DNA from: Candidatus Saccharimonadota bacterium
GTDB lineage: Bacteria > Patescibacteriota > Gracilibacteria > BD1-5 > UBA2023
NCBI GenBank assembly: GCA_046350815.1
Contig: JAXLZO010000001.1
Span: forward strand, 360,001-392,000
Length of the DNA: 32,000 bases
Direction: 5' to 3'
The first letter of the stretch is position 1. Each line of letters starts with the position of its first letter. The position numbers and the translations under genes were made by a program. Below the pieces are notes generated by a model. It did not search any database. It had not been told where the DNA came from and saw only the letters and a program-made list of their open reading frames with translations. Positions 19,354-29,718 of this stretch are shown in pieces.

Positions 19354-19584
19354 ATGTTAAAAATTCGTCTTTCTCGAGCTGGGCGCAAGCATCTTCCATT
19401 CTATCGTATAGTTCTCACTGAACATACAAAAGCTGCAAAGCATGGATATAATGAAGTACTTGGATTTTATAATCCTATTTCTAAGGAGTTTTCTCTTGAT
19501 ACTGAGAAAGCGAAGAAATATATTAGTACTGGTGCTCAGTACTCTGATACTGTTGCTAAACTCGTTGCAAAATTTGCTGCATAG
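19354..19584 (+). CDS. rpsP: 30S ribosomal protein S16
   Basis: MLKIRLSRAGRKHLPFYRIVLTEHTKAAKHGYNEVLGFYNP... Confidence 0.92.
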   Translation: MLKIRLSRAGRKHLPFYRIVLTEHTKAAKHGYNEVLGFYNPISKEFSLDTEKAKKYISTGAQYSDTVAKLVAKFAA

Positions 19585-19587
19585 TCT

Positions 19588-19842
19588 ATGGATCTCCCTT
19601 CGTTGGAGGAGTATATGGGTTCTCTCATAGCTCCTCTTTTGCGTTCTTGAGTTACTCCCGATATTCTTCAAACTCAAGATTCTCTGGGTATTCTACTCAT
19701 TATTCATGTAGATAAAACTGACTTGGCGTATCTTATTTGATCGCAAGGCAAGACAATTGCTGCCTTGCGAGTGATGGCTCGGGCCTATGGTTCACGAAAT
19801 CGTCTACCAGTAAGCTTGAAAATTTTGGAAAAGCGTGTATAA
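19588..19842 (+). CDS. khpA: KH-domain RNA-binding protein (KhpA/YlqC-like)
   Basis: 84 aa joined across 2 TGA codons. LI-G-SQGKTIAALRVMA matches the KH GxxG core (the G is TGA 19738-19740). The position after rpsP is conserved. Confidence 0.8.
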
Positions 19843-19859
19843 ATCTTGAAAATCTTTTT

Positions 19860-20324
19860 ATGTTTGAAATATTCACACTTCTTATCGCATCTCCTGCATT
19901 CCTGCTCGCAACATCTCAAAATAGTGTGCTCGCAGCAAATACTGTCTATGGACTCCCGGAGATTATTCGAGTTGGAGTTTCATTAGTAGTACTTGTGGCT
20001 TGATTTCTTGCTGCAGCATTTATTGTATGGGGTGCGGTACTCATGATACTCTCAGGTGGAAAAGAGGATAAAATGAAGAGTGCTGTGAATATGATTCGAT
20101 ATGCGGTTATAGGACTCTTTCTCATCATTGTTCTCCTCTTTGTTCTACCAAAAGCATGAGATGTACTTGGTTTTCCAATTTCTCAATATATTAATCCAAG
20201 AATGGTGTTTGATACTATGCAAGATATTTCTGGAAAAATTTTGAGCGATTCCCCATCGAGTTATTCAAATTCCCCATCCTCTCTTGATAATCTCTCGAAT
20301 GACTATTCAACGAGTCTTGAATAG
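19860..20324 (+). CDS. Small secreted/membrane protein resembling TrbC/VirB2-type (T4SS_pilin-like) proteins common in CPR bacteria
   Basis: Signal-like N-terminus, then VVLVA-G-FLAAAFIVWGAVLMILSGGKEDKMKSAVNMIRYAVIGLFLIIVLLFVLP (two TM helices around an SGG.E.K motif). Two TGA codons. TAG 20322-20324. Confidence 0.5.
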
Positions 20325-20344
20325 AAAAAGTTTTATAAAAAAAT

Positions 20345-21478
20345 TGTTAAATTGCAGCGTCAAGTTTACATTTCATAAACTTCTGAAACTTCATACATCA
20401 TCGAATAGTGATTCAGACTCTCTCGCGTAAGCGAGGGAGTTTTGTATAAGAGAGTATCCTATTCGTTCAGCAGGAGTCATACCAAACATACCAAGTCCAC
20501 TGTGAGGTTTTCTATGATTGTAGTAATCAGTAAAAAGCTTGAGTTTGTATCGATATTCATGGATATCTATTTTCAATGAGTATTCTCAAAGATTCTGCCA
20601 AAGAGTTCTATGATACCTCTCTACCTTCCCATTGTGCTGTGGAGTATAGGGAGCATTTCTTTTGTGTTGTATTCAGAGTCTGACAAGAAAGTCAGTGAAT
20701 CATTTTCCAAACTCAGATCAACAATCCGTACGTATGGTTTGTATAGGAAAAGGTGAAGCGTCTATGAGATTGAGTACAAACTCCATACTCGAACGTACAC
20801 ATTGCTCACTGTGAACTCTTGAGAAGACAAACCTACTACAATCATCGATCGCATCGTATTGAACTTCTCTTCTACTGCGTCAGAAAGGAAAGCAAACATC
20901 TAACTGTATTTCTCTTCCTGGTTGATCAAGAACATAGAGTGTTTTACGTCGTTGCCTCCATTCTCATTTTCTCTTGTAGCGAACTCACGTTCGTGAGAGA
21001 ATTCTATAGATGGTGGATTGATTGAGAGAAATCTTTGTTTCTTCTTGAAGCTTCCATGAGAGACTCCTTGGTCAAAGCTCTGGATATCTTCGTGCGAGAT
21101 TCCCTACCATCTCTTCTACTACTTGATTGGTTCGATTCACTGGAATATTCTTCTTCGGTCAACATCGCTTTGGAACTACTCAAGCTTCTTACTCTATACG
21201 ATAGCGAGCTAACCACTTACTCACGCTTTGACGAGAGACCGAAAGAAGAGAAGCCACTTCGTGGACTTTCTTCGCTCCATCAAGAATTTCTTGAAGAAGT
21301 TTTATTCTCATTTGCAACATAGAAAAACAAAGATATCTTGGTCACATGGAGATAGGATGATAAGATAATGATAAGACACAAGGTTTGAACACCTCACCAT
21401 CATTCTATCTCCTTTTTCATTTCCTCCCTTTCATGACAAGAAGGGAATGATGTAAACCTAATTGCTGCAATTGTAACA
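20345..21478 (-). mobile_element. IS481-family-like insertion sequence (about 1134 bp)
   Basis: Imperfect terminal inverted repeats TGTTAAATTGCAGC...GTTTACAT / TGTTACAATTGCAGC...GTTTACAT. Flanked by a perfect direct repeat (A)GTTTTATAAAAAAAT at 20329-20344 and 21478-21493. Confidence 0.75.
20394..21320 (-). pseudogene. IS481-family DDE transposase (HTH + rve), interrupted by one in-frame TAA and lacking a TAA/TAG stop inside the element
   Basis: 309 codons with 10 TGA=Gly. ...SRQSVSKWLARYRIE-TAA-EAGVVPKR..., IQLDV, AIDDCSRF, RTDCGSEF, YTPQHNGKVERYHRTL, YNHRKPHSGLG. The TAA is at 21189-21191. After ...FDDV only TGA codons follow until beyond the left end. Confidence 0.7.
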
Positions 21479-21485
21479 GTTTTAT

Positions 21486-21520
21486 AAAAAAATCGCCTTT
21501 CTAAAAGGTGATTTTTTTTT
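21486..21520 (+). terminator. Intrinsic terminator, now orphaned by the IS481-like insertion
   Basis: AAAAAATCGCC tttctaaaa GGTGATTTTTT (one G-U pair) followed by T9. A TATAAT box (21520-25) for gyrA lies just downstream. Confidence 0.55.
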
Positions 21521-21553
21521 ATAATAAGACTCTCTCATTCTCATTGTTCAAAC

Positions 21554-24100
21554 ATGGAAACCAATTCTTCTGATATTTCTGACATTTCTTCTTCAGATCT
21601 TCACCCAATCGTTTATCAAGGCGATGAATCACGCTCGATCGTTGATGAGATGCAAAAATGTTACCTCGAATATGCGATGTCTGTGATTGTGCAACGTGCT
21701 CTCCCAGATGTTCGTGATGGTCTCAAGCCGGTACATCGCCGTATTCTTTATGCTATGCATGATACAGGGTTGCGAGCAAATGGAAAATTTCGTAAATCCG
21801 CTACAGTTGTCGGTGAGGTGCTGGGTAAGTACCATCCACACGGGGATACAGCTGTATATGATGCTATGGTTCGAATGGCGCAAGATTTCTCTATGCGTTA
21901 TCTTCTGGTTGATGGTCAATGAAATTTTGGTTCAATTGATGGAGATAATGCTGCAGCAATGCGTTATACGGAGGCAAAGATGTCACCTCTTGCAGAGATG
22001 TTGCTCGCAGATATTGACAAAGATACGGTAGATTGGCGTCCAAACTATGACGCATCTAAGGAAGAACCAATGGTATTGCCCGCTCGAGTTCCATCACTCT
22101 TGCTAAATGGAGTTGTTGGTATTGCAGTTGGCATGGCAACTAATATTGCCCCACATAACCTTGCTGAAGTTATCAATGCATTGATTTATCTGCTTGACAG
22201 TGGTGATACTCAGACCGTTACGATAGATGATCTGATGCAATATATTAAGGGTCCTGATTTCCCTACCGGTGGCATCGTATATAATCGAAAGGATATTGCG
22301 CAAGCATTTGCAACAGGTCGTGGTTCGATTGTGTTGCGTGGACGAGCGGTATTTGAAGAGGATTCAAAAGGGCGAGTATCGATTATTATTACCGAAATTC
22401 CATACCAACTCAATAAATCTACATTTGTTGCGAAGATTGCTGAGCTTGTCACTGAAAAAATTATTGTTGGTATTTCGGATCTTCGGGATGAATCAAATAA
22501 GGATGGTATTCGTATCGTGATAGAATTGAAGCGAGATGCATTCCCAAAGAAGATCCTCAACCAACTTTATAAACTCACACCACTTCAGACATCGTTCAGC
22601 TATAATATGATTGCTCTCGATGATCGCGGGATGCAACCAAAGCTTTTCAATCTGAAAGAGATTCTTGAAAGTTTTCTCCAACATCGACGTGAAGTAGTCA
22701 CTCGTCGTGTGAGTTATGAACTTCGAATAGCAGAGGCACGCGCACATATTCTCCAGTGACTCAAGATAGCACTTGATCATATTGATGAGGTGATTAAGAC
22801 GATTCGATCGAGTGTGAGTCGGGAAGAGGCGAATATTCTTCTCTGTGAACGGTTTGGACTTACAACGATTCAAGCTCAAGCAATTCTTGAAATGCAACTT
22901 CAGCGCCTCTCGGGGTTAGAGCGACAAAAGATTGAAGATGAGCTTGCCGAGAAACTTGCATTCATAGCGGATTGCCTTGATATTCTTGCAAAACCTGAGC
23001 GTGTAACGGCTATTATGCGAGAAGAATTACTTCTTATTCGAGAGAAATTCTCTGATCCAAGACGTACTGAGGTTGTCTCTGGTATGATTGGTGAATTTAA
23101 TCCACGTGATACGATTCCAAATGAAGAAGTAGTTATCACCCTTTCGAAGAATTCTTACATTAAGCGAATTAAATCTTCTGCATTTCGCACCCAAAAACGA
23201 GGTGGAAAATGAGTGACGGTTGGTCTAAAGGATGAGGACGAAGTTTCAATCATTCTCTCGACAACAAACCATAATGATCTCTACTATTTTACGAATACTG
23301 GTCGAGTATTTCGCTTACCTGCTTATGAGATACCAGAGGCATCAAGAACGACAAAATGACAACCACTCATTAATTTTATCGCCCTTCTTAAGGATGAAAA
23401 GATTACAGCAATTCTTGATCCATCAACACAACAAATCAAACATCTTGCTCTTATATCACGAAATGCGCTTATTAAACGAATTGATTTCAGTGAAATAACA
23501 AACATTCGTTCAAATGGTCTCATTGTTATGAAGCCAAAAGAAAATGATGAACTTGCTTGGGTAAAGGTAACAACCGGCGATGAAAATATTCTCGTTGTAT
23601 CAAAGAAAGGGAAGGCAATTCAATTTCATGAGACAGATGTTCGTGTAATGTGAAGAGCTGCAGCTGGTGTTCGTGCTATGCGTATGTCAGCAGGAGATGA
23701 GATAGTTGAAGCGGATGTTGTCTCACACGATGGTAAATTTGTGTTCATTGTCACAGAGAAATGAATGGGAAAGATATCTGAATGTAGTGAGTACCGTGAA
23801 CAGGGGAGAGGTTGATCAGGCGTGAAAGCTGGAGCGGTAACACCAAAAACCGGTGATATTATCTATGTATCATTATTGACAGAGGAACTTAAAAAGGACG
23901 CGTCTGTTATTCTCATGAGCCGAGATGGTCAAACGGTCCGCGTACCACTCTCAACCGTGAGAACAACTTCTCGAGTGACACAGTGAGTGATTCTTGCAAA
24001 ATTGAAAAATCCAAAAGACTCATTCATCTCGGTTGTAGTAGTGACGACAGCGGATCAAGAAGATGAAGAAGGAAATGAGAATGAATCAGTTGCTGAGTAG
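21554..24100 (+). CDS. gyrA: DNA gyrase subunit A
   Basis: 848 codons joined across 8 TGA codons. ...[29 protein letters not shown]...[49 protein letters not shown]. The C-terminal blades carry a recurrent G at TGA codons. TAG 24098-24100. Confidence 0.95.
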
Positions 24101-24125
24101 CCTAAGTGCTGAATAACGAGCAATC

Positions 24126-24159
24126 AATAAATCACATAATTTTTATTATGTGATTTATT
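24126..24159 (+). terminator. AT-rich hairpin terminator after gyrA
   Basis: AATAAATCACATAAT tttt ATTATGTGATTTATT, a 15-bp perfect stem. Confidence 0.55.
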
Positions 24160-24174
24160 CTTTATAAAAATGTG

Positions 24175-24256
24175 ATTGAAAGTATATACGAGAGTATTAT
24201 ATTCTGAAGAAATGGTGAATTCTTTGGATTCTCTCCGTTTTGTATATACTTTCAAT
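24175..24256. repeat. 15-bp perfect inverted repeat separated by 52 nt in the permease 5' region
   Basis: ATTGAAAGTATATAC (24175-24189) and GTATATACTTTCAAT (24242-24256). Pairing can extend about 4 bp inward with G-U pairs. Confidence 0.8.
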
Positions 24257-24274
24257 ATTCGCATTTTCCTCATT

Positions 24275-25486
24275 ATGAATCAAGATCTTGTCCTTTTTCT
24301 CCAGAAACTCTTAATTGTTGTTGGAGCAGTCATTCTCTTTCTTTTTTTTAAGTCATTTGGGGCACTCTTTGCACCAGTTGTTATCGCATTTATTTTGAGC
24401 CTCTTTTTTGTCCCACTTTTGGATAAGCTCAATAAATATCGAATTGGTGATTGAGTGGGTATTTTTGTTTCCCTCTTTGTATTTATTGTTTTTCTCTCAA
24501 CGATTATTTTCTTGGTTGTACCAATTTTTGTAAGAGAACTTATCAAATTCTTTGACGTTATCAATCGTTATATCATCAAAGTACAAACGGCCGTTTTTCA
24601 GTGAGATTTTTCTACCTTAGGACTTCCGGATTGGATGATAGGATATATTCATGATTATGCATCTACACAAGATATTAATAATCTTTTAACGACACTTTCA
24701 GCAAACACGAGTCAAATTGTTTCTTTTATTTCTGGAAGCGCAACGAATGTATTACAGGCATGAAAGGGAATATTTGTTTCAGTGGCGAGCACAACCTTTC
24801 TTATTGCGACAACTACTATTCTCACGGTATTTTTTCTCATCGAGCGAAAAAGGGTAGCATATGTTATACGATCATTGGTTCCACAGAATTGGTCTTTGGA
24901 ATATGATACGATCGTACATGAGTCATATTCAATCATTGGAAAGTGGGCAAAAGGACAGATGATTCTCTCATTCTCTATCTTTTTACTTACTTTCGTCCTC
25001 TTGCATCTTGCGAATGCAATGTTTGGGCTTTGATTGACGAATATTGGTACACTTGCATTTCTTGCAGGGCTTCTGGAAAATATCCCTTACCTTGGTCCAG
25101 TACTTTCACTCATACCTGCATTGGCTATTGCTTTGGGTATTTCAACAAAGGCGACTATTATTGTGGTGATTATCTATATTCTCATTCAGCAAGTTGAGAA
25201 TAATCTTCTAGTACCTCAGGTTATGTCTAAGGCCCTCTCTATATCACCACTTCTCACAATTATTGTGATGTTTATAGCTACGGGAGTACTTGGGCTTCTT
25301 GGTACTCTCTTTGCAGTACCACTGACAGCACTCATAGAGCTTCTCTATCATCGATGGCAAATAAAAAGAACAAATGGCGCCTGAATGTTACATGATGTAC
25401 TTTCTGTGAGGGAGTCTCGCGCATATAACTCGCTCATAGCACGCCTCTATCGATCGACGAAGAAATTTGTTCTTCGAAAAAAATAA
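24275..25486 (+). CDS. AI-2E family transporter (PerM/UPF0118-like permease)
   Basis: 403 codons joined across 5 TGA codons with multiple TM helices. ...AGLLENIPYLGPVLSLIPALAIAL...IYILIQQVENNLLVPQVMSKALSISPLLTII...LLGTLFAVPLTA. The start is uncertain (ATG 24275 or ATG 24212). TAA 25484-25486. Confidence 0.8.
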
Positions 25487-25496
25487 TTTATCCACT

Positions 25497-26210
25497 ATGT
25501 CTCTCAAAAACAAAGATTATGAAAGCGTGCTCGTGGTAGAAGATGATGCAACCATTCTCTCCATGATTGGAACATATCTTTCTCGTGAGGGTTTTCTCCC
25601 GCTTCTTTGTGATAATGGGAGAAAAGCAAAAGATATATTCCTTCATAATCCACCTGATATCATCATTCTTGACATCGGCCTTCCAGAAGTAGATGGTATG
25701 ACATTAACAAAATTATTTCGATCAAAATCACAAGCTCCTATTATTATCATATCAGCACGACCCACAGAGGATGATAAGGTTTATGCACTTGAAATTGGGG
25801 CTGATGACTATCTCGTAAAACCATTCTCTCTTCGTGAGTTGGTTGCGCGCATCCGTACTATTATGAAGCGCCGTACATTAATTGTATCAGAGTCAGAAGC
25901 AATCAATCAACGCAAAAATATTACCTATCAAGGAATTATTCTCAACCCAAATCTCTATACGATTGGAAGTAAAAATCAAGAGACACATCGATTGACAAAA
26001 TCAGAATTTGATATTCTCTACTTTCTTTGTCTTCATCCGGATCAGGTAGTTGAACGTGATACTCTTATGCGTGAAATCATGGGATATGGAAACTACCTCT
26101 ATGACCGCACGATTGATACACATATCAAAAATCTCCGCAAGAAAATCCCGCCTTCTATCGTGATACAGACTATTCGTTGAGTAGGCTATATTATTTCGAA
26201 GAAACTATAA
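25497..26210 (+). CDS. OmpR-family response regulator
   Basis: Receiver domain VLVVEDD...DIIILDIGLPEVDG...ADDYLVKPF. The winged helix ends ...IQTIR-G-VGYII (G is TGA 26178-26180). TAA 26208-26210. Confidence 0.9.
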
Positions 26211-27568
26211 TGACACTGAAATTTCGATTCTCTCTTTTTCTCATTCTCACACTTATCTTCGTTATTCTCTCCAATCTTCTTGCTGTGAGAATTTCTACAC
26301 TGCGTCATTTTGAGGATTATAGACAGGAAGTGAGTGAGCTTTCAGCTCAAAAAAGTTTCAAACTTCTTAAACAAGTACTCAACCCAACAACTTCGAGTGG
26401 AGATATCGTATCGGAGTATCAGTGAGTGTTTCGTGATCTCAATCATATTGATGAAACGCTGCTACATGTGGAATCATCTCTTCCATCATCATCTTCAGAT
26501 CAATGAATAGATACATGAGAAGAATGAACAACGAAAAAACGAGAATTTCTTTCATTTTCAGATTTTCTTGCATCGATAGCACTTTTTTCCCCGAAGTTTT
26601 TTGGTGATTATGACGTATTTTCTGGTGATACTCCTGAAGCTCATTTGTTTCAGAAAATATTAAAAGATCTTGTGATTTTCAACCTGGTACTTCTTTCCTT
26701 TTGTCTCATTGCTTGGTCATATCTTTTTCGTCGAAACCTTGCCCCTATTAATGCTCTTCAGTTGAAAGTAAGTCAGGCAGCTCAAACATGAGAATATTTC
26801 CCCATTCGATATCTTCCAAGGGATGAATTTTCCCCTCTTGTTGAATCTATTAATCAGCTCATGTCCGTAATTTGACAAGAAGAGAGTACAAGATCTCAGT
26901 TTATTAGTGATTTATCACATGAAATACGGACACCACTTATGGCACTTTCGTGTCTCTGTGAGGCTCTTTCTGATGGGGTTATTCCTCTGAGTCAACATGA
27001 GATAGAAAATATTCGTATGCAAGTAAATCGTATACAAAAGATTTCTGAACAAATATTGCAGTATCAAAAACTTGAATACAGAGAAGATGGAGATAGTCTT
27101 CAGCGTGAAGTGATTGATATAGAAGAGTTTTATGAAAAAATGATAGCAATATATCAAGAACTTCTGTCTAAAAACTATCAATCTACTCGTTTTGTCTCAT
27201 GAATACAAAAATTTATCGTTGCAGATCCTATTGGTCTTGAAAGAATATTTCATAATATTTTTACAAATTTTCTCAAATATGCCGGGAATAATACACTTCT
27301 TTCTCTTCGTGTTGTTCAAAAAAAGAACATGGTGCATATCATTATAGAAGATAATGGTGTTGGAACGAGTGAATATGATCTTTCACATCTTCATCAAAAA
27401 TTCTACCGTGTTCGTAGTGACCGCCCAATGATAAATGAGGAATTCCAAGGAGCATGACTTGGTTTATCCATTGTCTCTCGAGTTATGCAACAACATGGTG
27501 GCTTTATGAAGCTGGAACATACATATAGATGACACGGTCTCAGAGTCATTCTTGCATTTCCTGAATAA
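26210..27568 (+). CDS. Sensor histidine kinase (2 TM helices, HAMP-like, HisKA, HATPase_c)
   Basis: 452 codons joined across 9 TGA codons. H-box FISDLSHEIRTPL, N-box FHNIFTNFLKYAG, G1 IEDNGVG, G2 GA-G-LGLSIV. The ATG overlaps the RR stop (ATAATG). Confidence 0.85.
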
Positions 27569-27611
27569 ATTCACACAATATCCACATAAAGAATTTGATT
27601 TTTTTCATTTT

Positions 27612-27639
27612 TTGTGCATTGTGTCAGCACTGGTATAAT
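27612..27639 (+). promoter_or_regulatory. Candidate promoter with an extended -10 (TTGTGC-16-TGgTATAAT)
   Basis: TTGTGC at 27612-27617 and TATAAT at 27634-27639 preceded by TGg. It lies 18 nt upstream of ATG 27657. Confidence 0.4.
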
Positions 27640-27656
27640 TTTTCGTCAAAAAGACT

Positions 27657-28073
27657 ATGATTCGTTTTCCTCAAAGATTTTTTTCATTTTTACTTGCTGT
27701 TCTATGTATGTCTTTTGTACAAGAGATGTATGCATCCACCCCAACAGTTGAGTATATTGGTATAGTTGCGCAGAGTAATAATACATCGGATGATGATATG
27801 CTTATTGATGAGATGAACACAACGATATTGCAATCATATCTTATAAAGCTTGATAAATCATTCATCAAGATTGATAATGCTCTTCCGAATGGCAATATAA
27901 ATGATCGCAGTGAACGTCTCCGAGTATTGACAGACTTATTACGAGAGATTGATCGTGCTGATAAGTTGCTCAAGGCACGTACAGATATATCAAATATACG
28001 TCGTGACGTACTGCAAAAAGTGTACCAACACATGCAGCGAAGAATCAATGAGCTCATCATTAAAACGCAGTAG
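27657..28073 (+). CDS. Secreted hypothetical protein
   Basis: 138 aa with signal peptide MIRFPQRFFSFLLAVLCMSFVQEMYA and a helical, charged C-terminal part. No TGA. TAG stop. Confidence 0.6.
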   Translation: MIRFPQRFFSFLLAVLCMSFVQEMYASTPTVEYIGIVAQSNNTSDDDMLIDEMNTTILQSYLIKLDKSFIKIDNALPNGNINDRSERLRVLTDLLREIDRADKLLKARTDISNIRRDVLQKVYQHMQRRINELIIKTQ

Positions 28074-28084
28074 TGCGTTTTTTT
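28061..28084 (+). terminator. Intrinsic terminator
   Basis: AAAACGCA gtag TGCGTTTT followed by TTTT. It overlaps the stop codon. Confidence 0.6.
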
Positions 28085-28110
28085 TGACAATCACCGTTTC
28101 TTTTATATAC
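28083..28110 (+). promoter_or_regulatory. Candidate promoter for the rplC operon (TTGACA-16-TATACT)
   Basis: TTGACA at 28083-28088 and TATACT at 28105-28110, about 98 nt upstream of the rplC ATG. Confidence 0.5.
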
Positions 28111-28208
28111 TGTGGCAGCTTTTGTAAAAGGCGTTATGTTGTCTGAAAAAAGAAGTAAGTAATTACACACTCTCAGAGAACCTCTAAATTATTTTCTTTT
28201 TCGCCTCT

Positions 28209-28763
28209 ATGTCCGGTATTCTTGCAAAGAAGGTTGAAATGACACGAATCATCAAAAATGGTGCATTCGTGCCTGTGACTCTCCTTCGTGTCCCTGCAAT
28301 TACTGTTTTTCAAGTAAAGACGGTTGAACGCGATGGATATGATGCAGTAGTTCTTGAATTTCAAGAACATACTCGTCCTACTCGTCGTGAAGTATCTCGA
28401 ACAGGATCTCTCGAAAATGTTTCAGTTGGTGACACTGTCACTCTCGAAATGCTCGAAGAGGGAATGTTGGTTTCTATGGTAAGTTATTCAAAAGGTCAAG
28501 GTTTTACTGGTGCAGTTAAGCGATGGAACTTTAAAGGTGCTCCAGCTGGACATGGCCACAAGCTTCCTCGATCACTCGGTTCTATCGGTACTCGTAAGCC
28601 TCGTCGTACAAAACCAGGTAAAAAAATGCACGGTCACTCTGGTGATGCGCGCATTACACTTCACAAGGTTCCTGTTGAACTCATAAACAAGGAGCATAAT
28701 ATTATCGCAGTTCGCGGTCCAGTTCCTGGTGCACGCAACTCCCTTGTTATTCTTGATTTCTAA
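28209..28763 (+). CDS. rplC: 50S ribosomal protein L3
   Basis: MSGILAKKVEMTRIIKNGAFVPVTLL...SKGQGFTGAVKRWNFKG... Confidence 0.95.
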   Translation: MSGILAKKVEMTRIIKNGAFVPVTLLRVPAITVFQVKTVERDGYDAVVLEFQEHTRPTRREVSRTGSLENVSVGDTVTLEMLEEGMLVSMVSYSKGQGFTGAVKRWNFKGAPAGHGHKLPRSLGSIGTRKPRRTKPGKKMHGHSGDARITLHKVPVELINKEHNIIAVRGPVPGARNSLVILDF

Positions 28764-28776
28764 TTGATCCCATAGT

Positions 28777-29403
28777 ATGCAACAAGCAACAATGTATAGC
28801 TTCGATGGAAGCAAACAGGGAGTTGTAGATCTCAATGCCACCTATTTTGGTCGAGCGGTAAATGTTGGATTAATTCATCGATTGCTTCTCATTCAAAGAG
28901 CAAATGGTCGAGTGAATGTCGCTCATACCAAGACACGAGGTGATGTAATTGGCTCTACTCGAAAGCTCTATAAGCAAAAAAAGACAGGCAATGCTCGTGT
29001 TGGTGATGCTCGTTCTTCGATCCGTCGTGGTGGAGGAGTAGCATTCGGCCCAAGAAATACACAGAATTTTTCTCTTATGATGAATAAGAAAGAACGTCGT
29101 GCAGCCCTCTTGAGTCTTCTTTCAAGCAAAGCACAAGGCGGAAACGTTTTTGTACTTGATAGTCTTCCAACTGATACTCTTAAAACAAAAGATATAGCTC
29201 AATTTCTTTCAAAATCGCAGCAGAAATCAGTTGTATTTGCAGTAACAGCAAATGATCAGAGTTTCTTTCAAGCTGGACGCAATATTCCAACAGCGAAAGT
29301 TATTTCTGTGAATTACCTCAATCCTCACGATCTTTTGAAATTCCAGAATCTTATTTTCACTCGTGAGTCTCTTGAATCGCTTCCTACTATCTTCAAAGTA
29401 TAG
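28777..29403 (+). CDS. rplD: 50S ribosomal protein L4
   Basis: ...AHTKTRGDVIGSTRKLYKQKKTGNARVGDARSSIRRGGGVAFGPR... Confidence 0.95.
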   Translation: MQQATMYSFDGSKQGVVDLNATYFGRAVNVGLIHRLLLIQRANGRVNVAHTKTRGDVIGSTRKLYKQKKTGNARVGDARSSIRRGGGVAFGPRNTQNFSLMMNKKERRAALLSLLSSKAQGGNVFVLDSLPTDTLKTKDIAQFLSKSQQKSVVFAVTANDQSFFQAGRNIPTAKVISVNYLNPHDLLKFQNLIFTRESLESLPTIFKV

Positions 29404-29406
29404 TTT

Positions 29407-29706
29407 ATGTCTATCTACAACGTTATTAAAAAACCGGTTGTCACCGAGAAATCTCAAAGCCTTGAGATTCGAGGCGTCTATACTATCTATGTGGATGGTC
29501 GCGCTACGAAAGTAAGTGTAAAGGATGCTATTGAAAAACTCTACGGTGTTACGGTTGTTAAGGTTAATATGGTCAATGAACATCCAAAGGTTCGCACAAG
29601 CAACCGTCGTGGTGGTGTGTCTCTTCGTCGCAAAGCACGTACAAAGGCGTATGTTACTCTTGCGGATGGACAAAGAATTTCAGAGTTTCAAACCCTCGCG
29701 TCTTAA
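29407..29706 (+). CDS. rplW: 50S ribosomal protein L23
   Basis: MSIYNVIKKPVVTEKS... in the position between rplD and rplB. Confidence 0.93.
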   Translation: MSIYNVIKKPVVTEKSQSLEIRGVYTIYVDGRATKVSVKDAIEKLYGVTVVKVNMVNEHPKVRTSNRRGGVSLRRKARTKAYVTLADGQRISEFQTLAS

Positions 29707-29718
29707 ACTATTCATGTT

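Noticed and set aside
21554-24100. gyrA, the helicase-nuclease, the histidine kinase, the permease and the surface protein appear as strings of short ORFs, suggesting pseudogenes or frameshifts.
   Set aside because: All fragments of each gene lie in a single frame and are separated only by TGA. The TGA codons align with conserved Gly, and no TAA/TAG occurs. This is recoding, not decay.
24176-24274. The track's TTG start at 24176 for the permease, which adds 33 N-terminal residues.
   Set aside because: The extension (MKVYTRVLYSEEMVNSLDSLRFVYTFNIRIFLI) overlaps the long inverted repeat and looks non-membrane. An ATG at 24275 directly precedes the first TM helix. The start remains uncertain.
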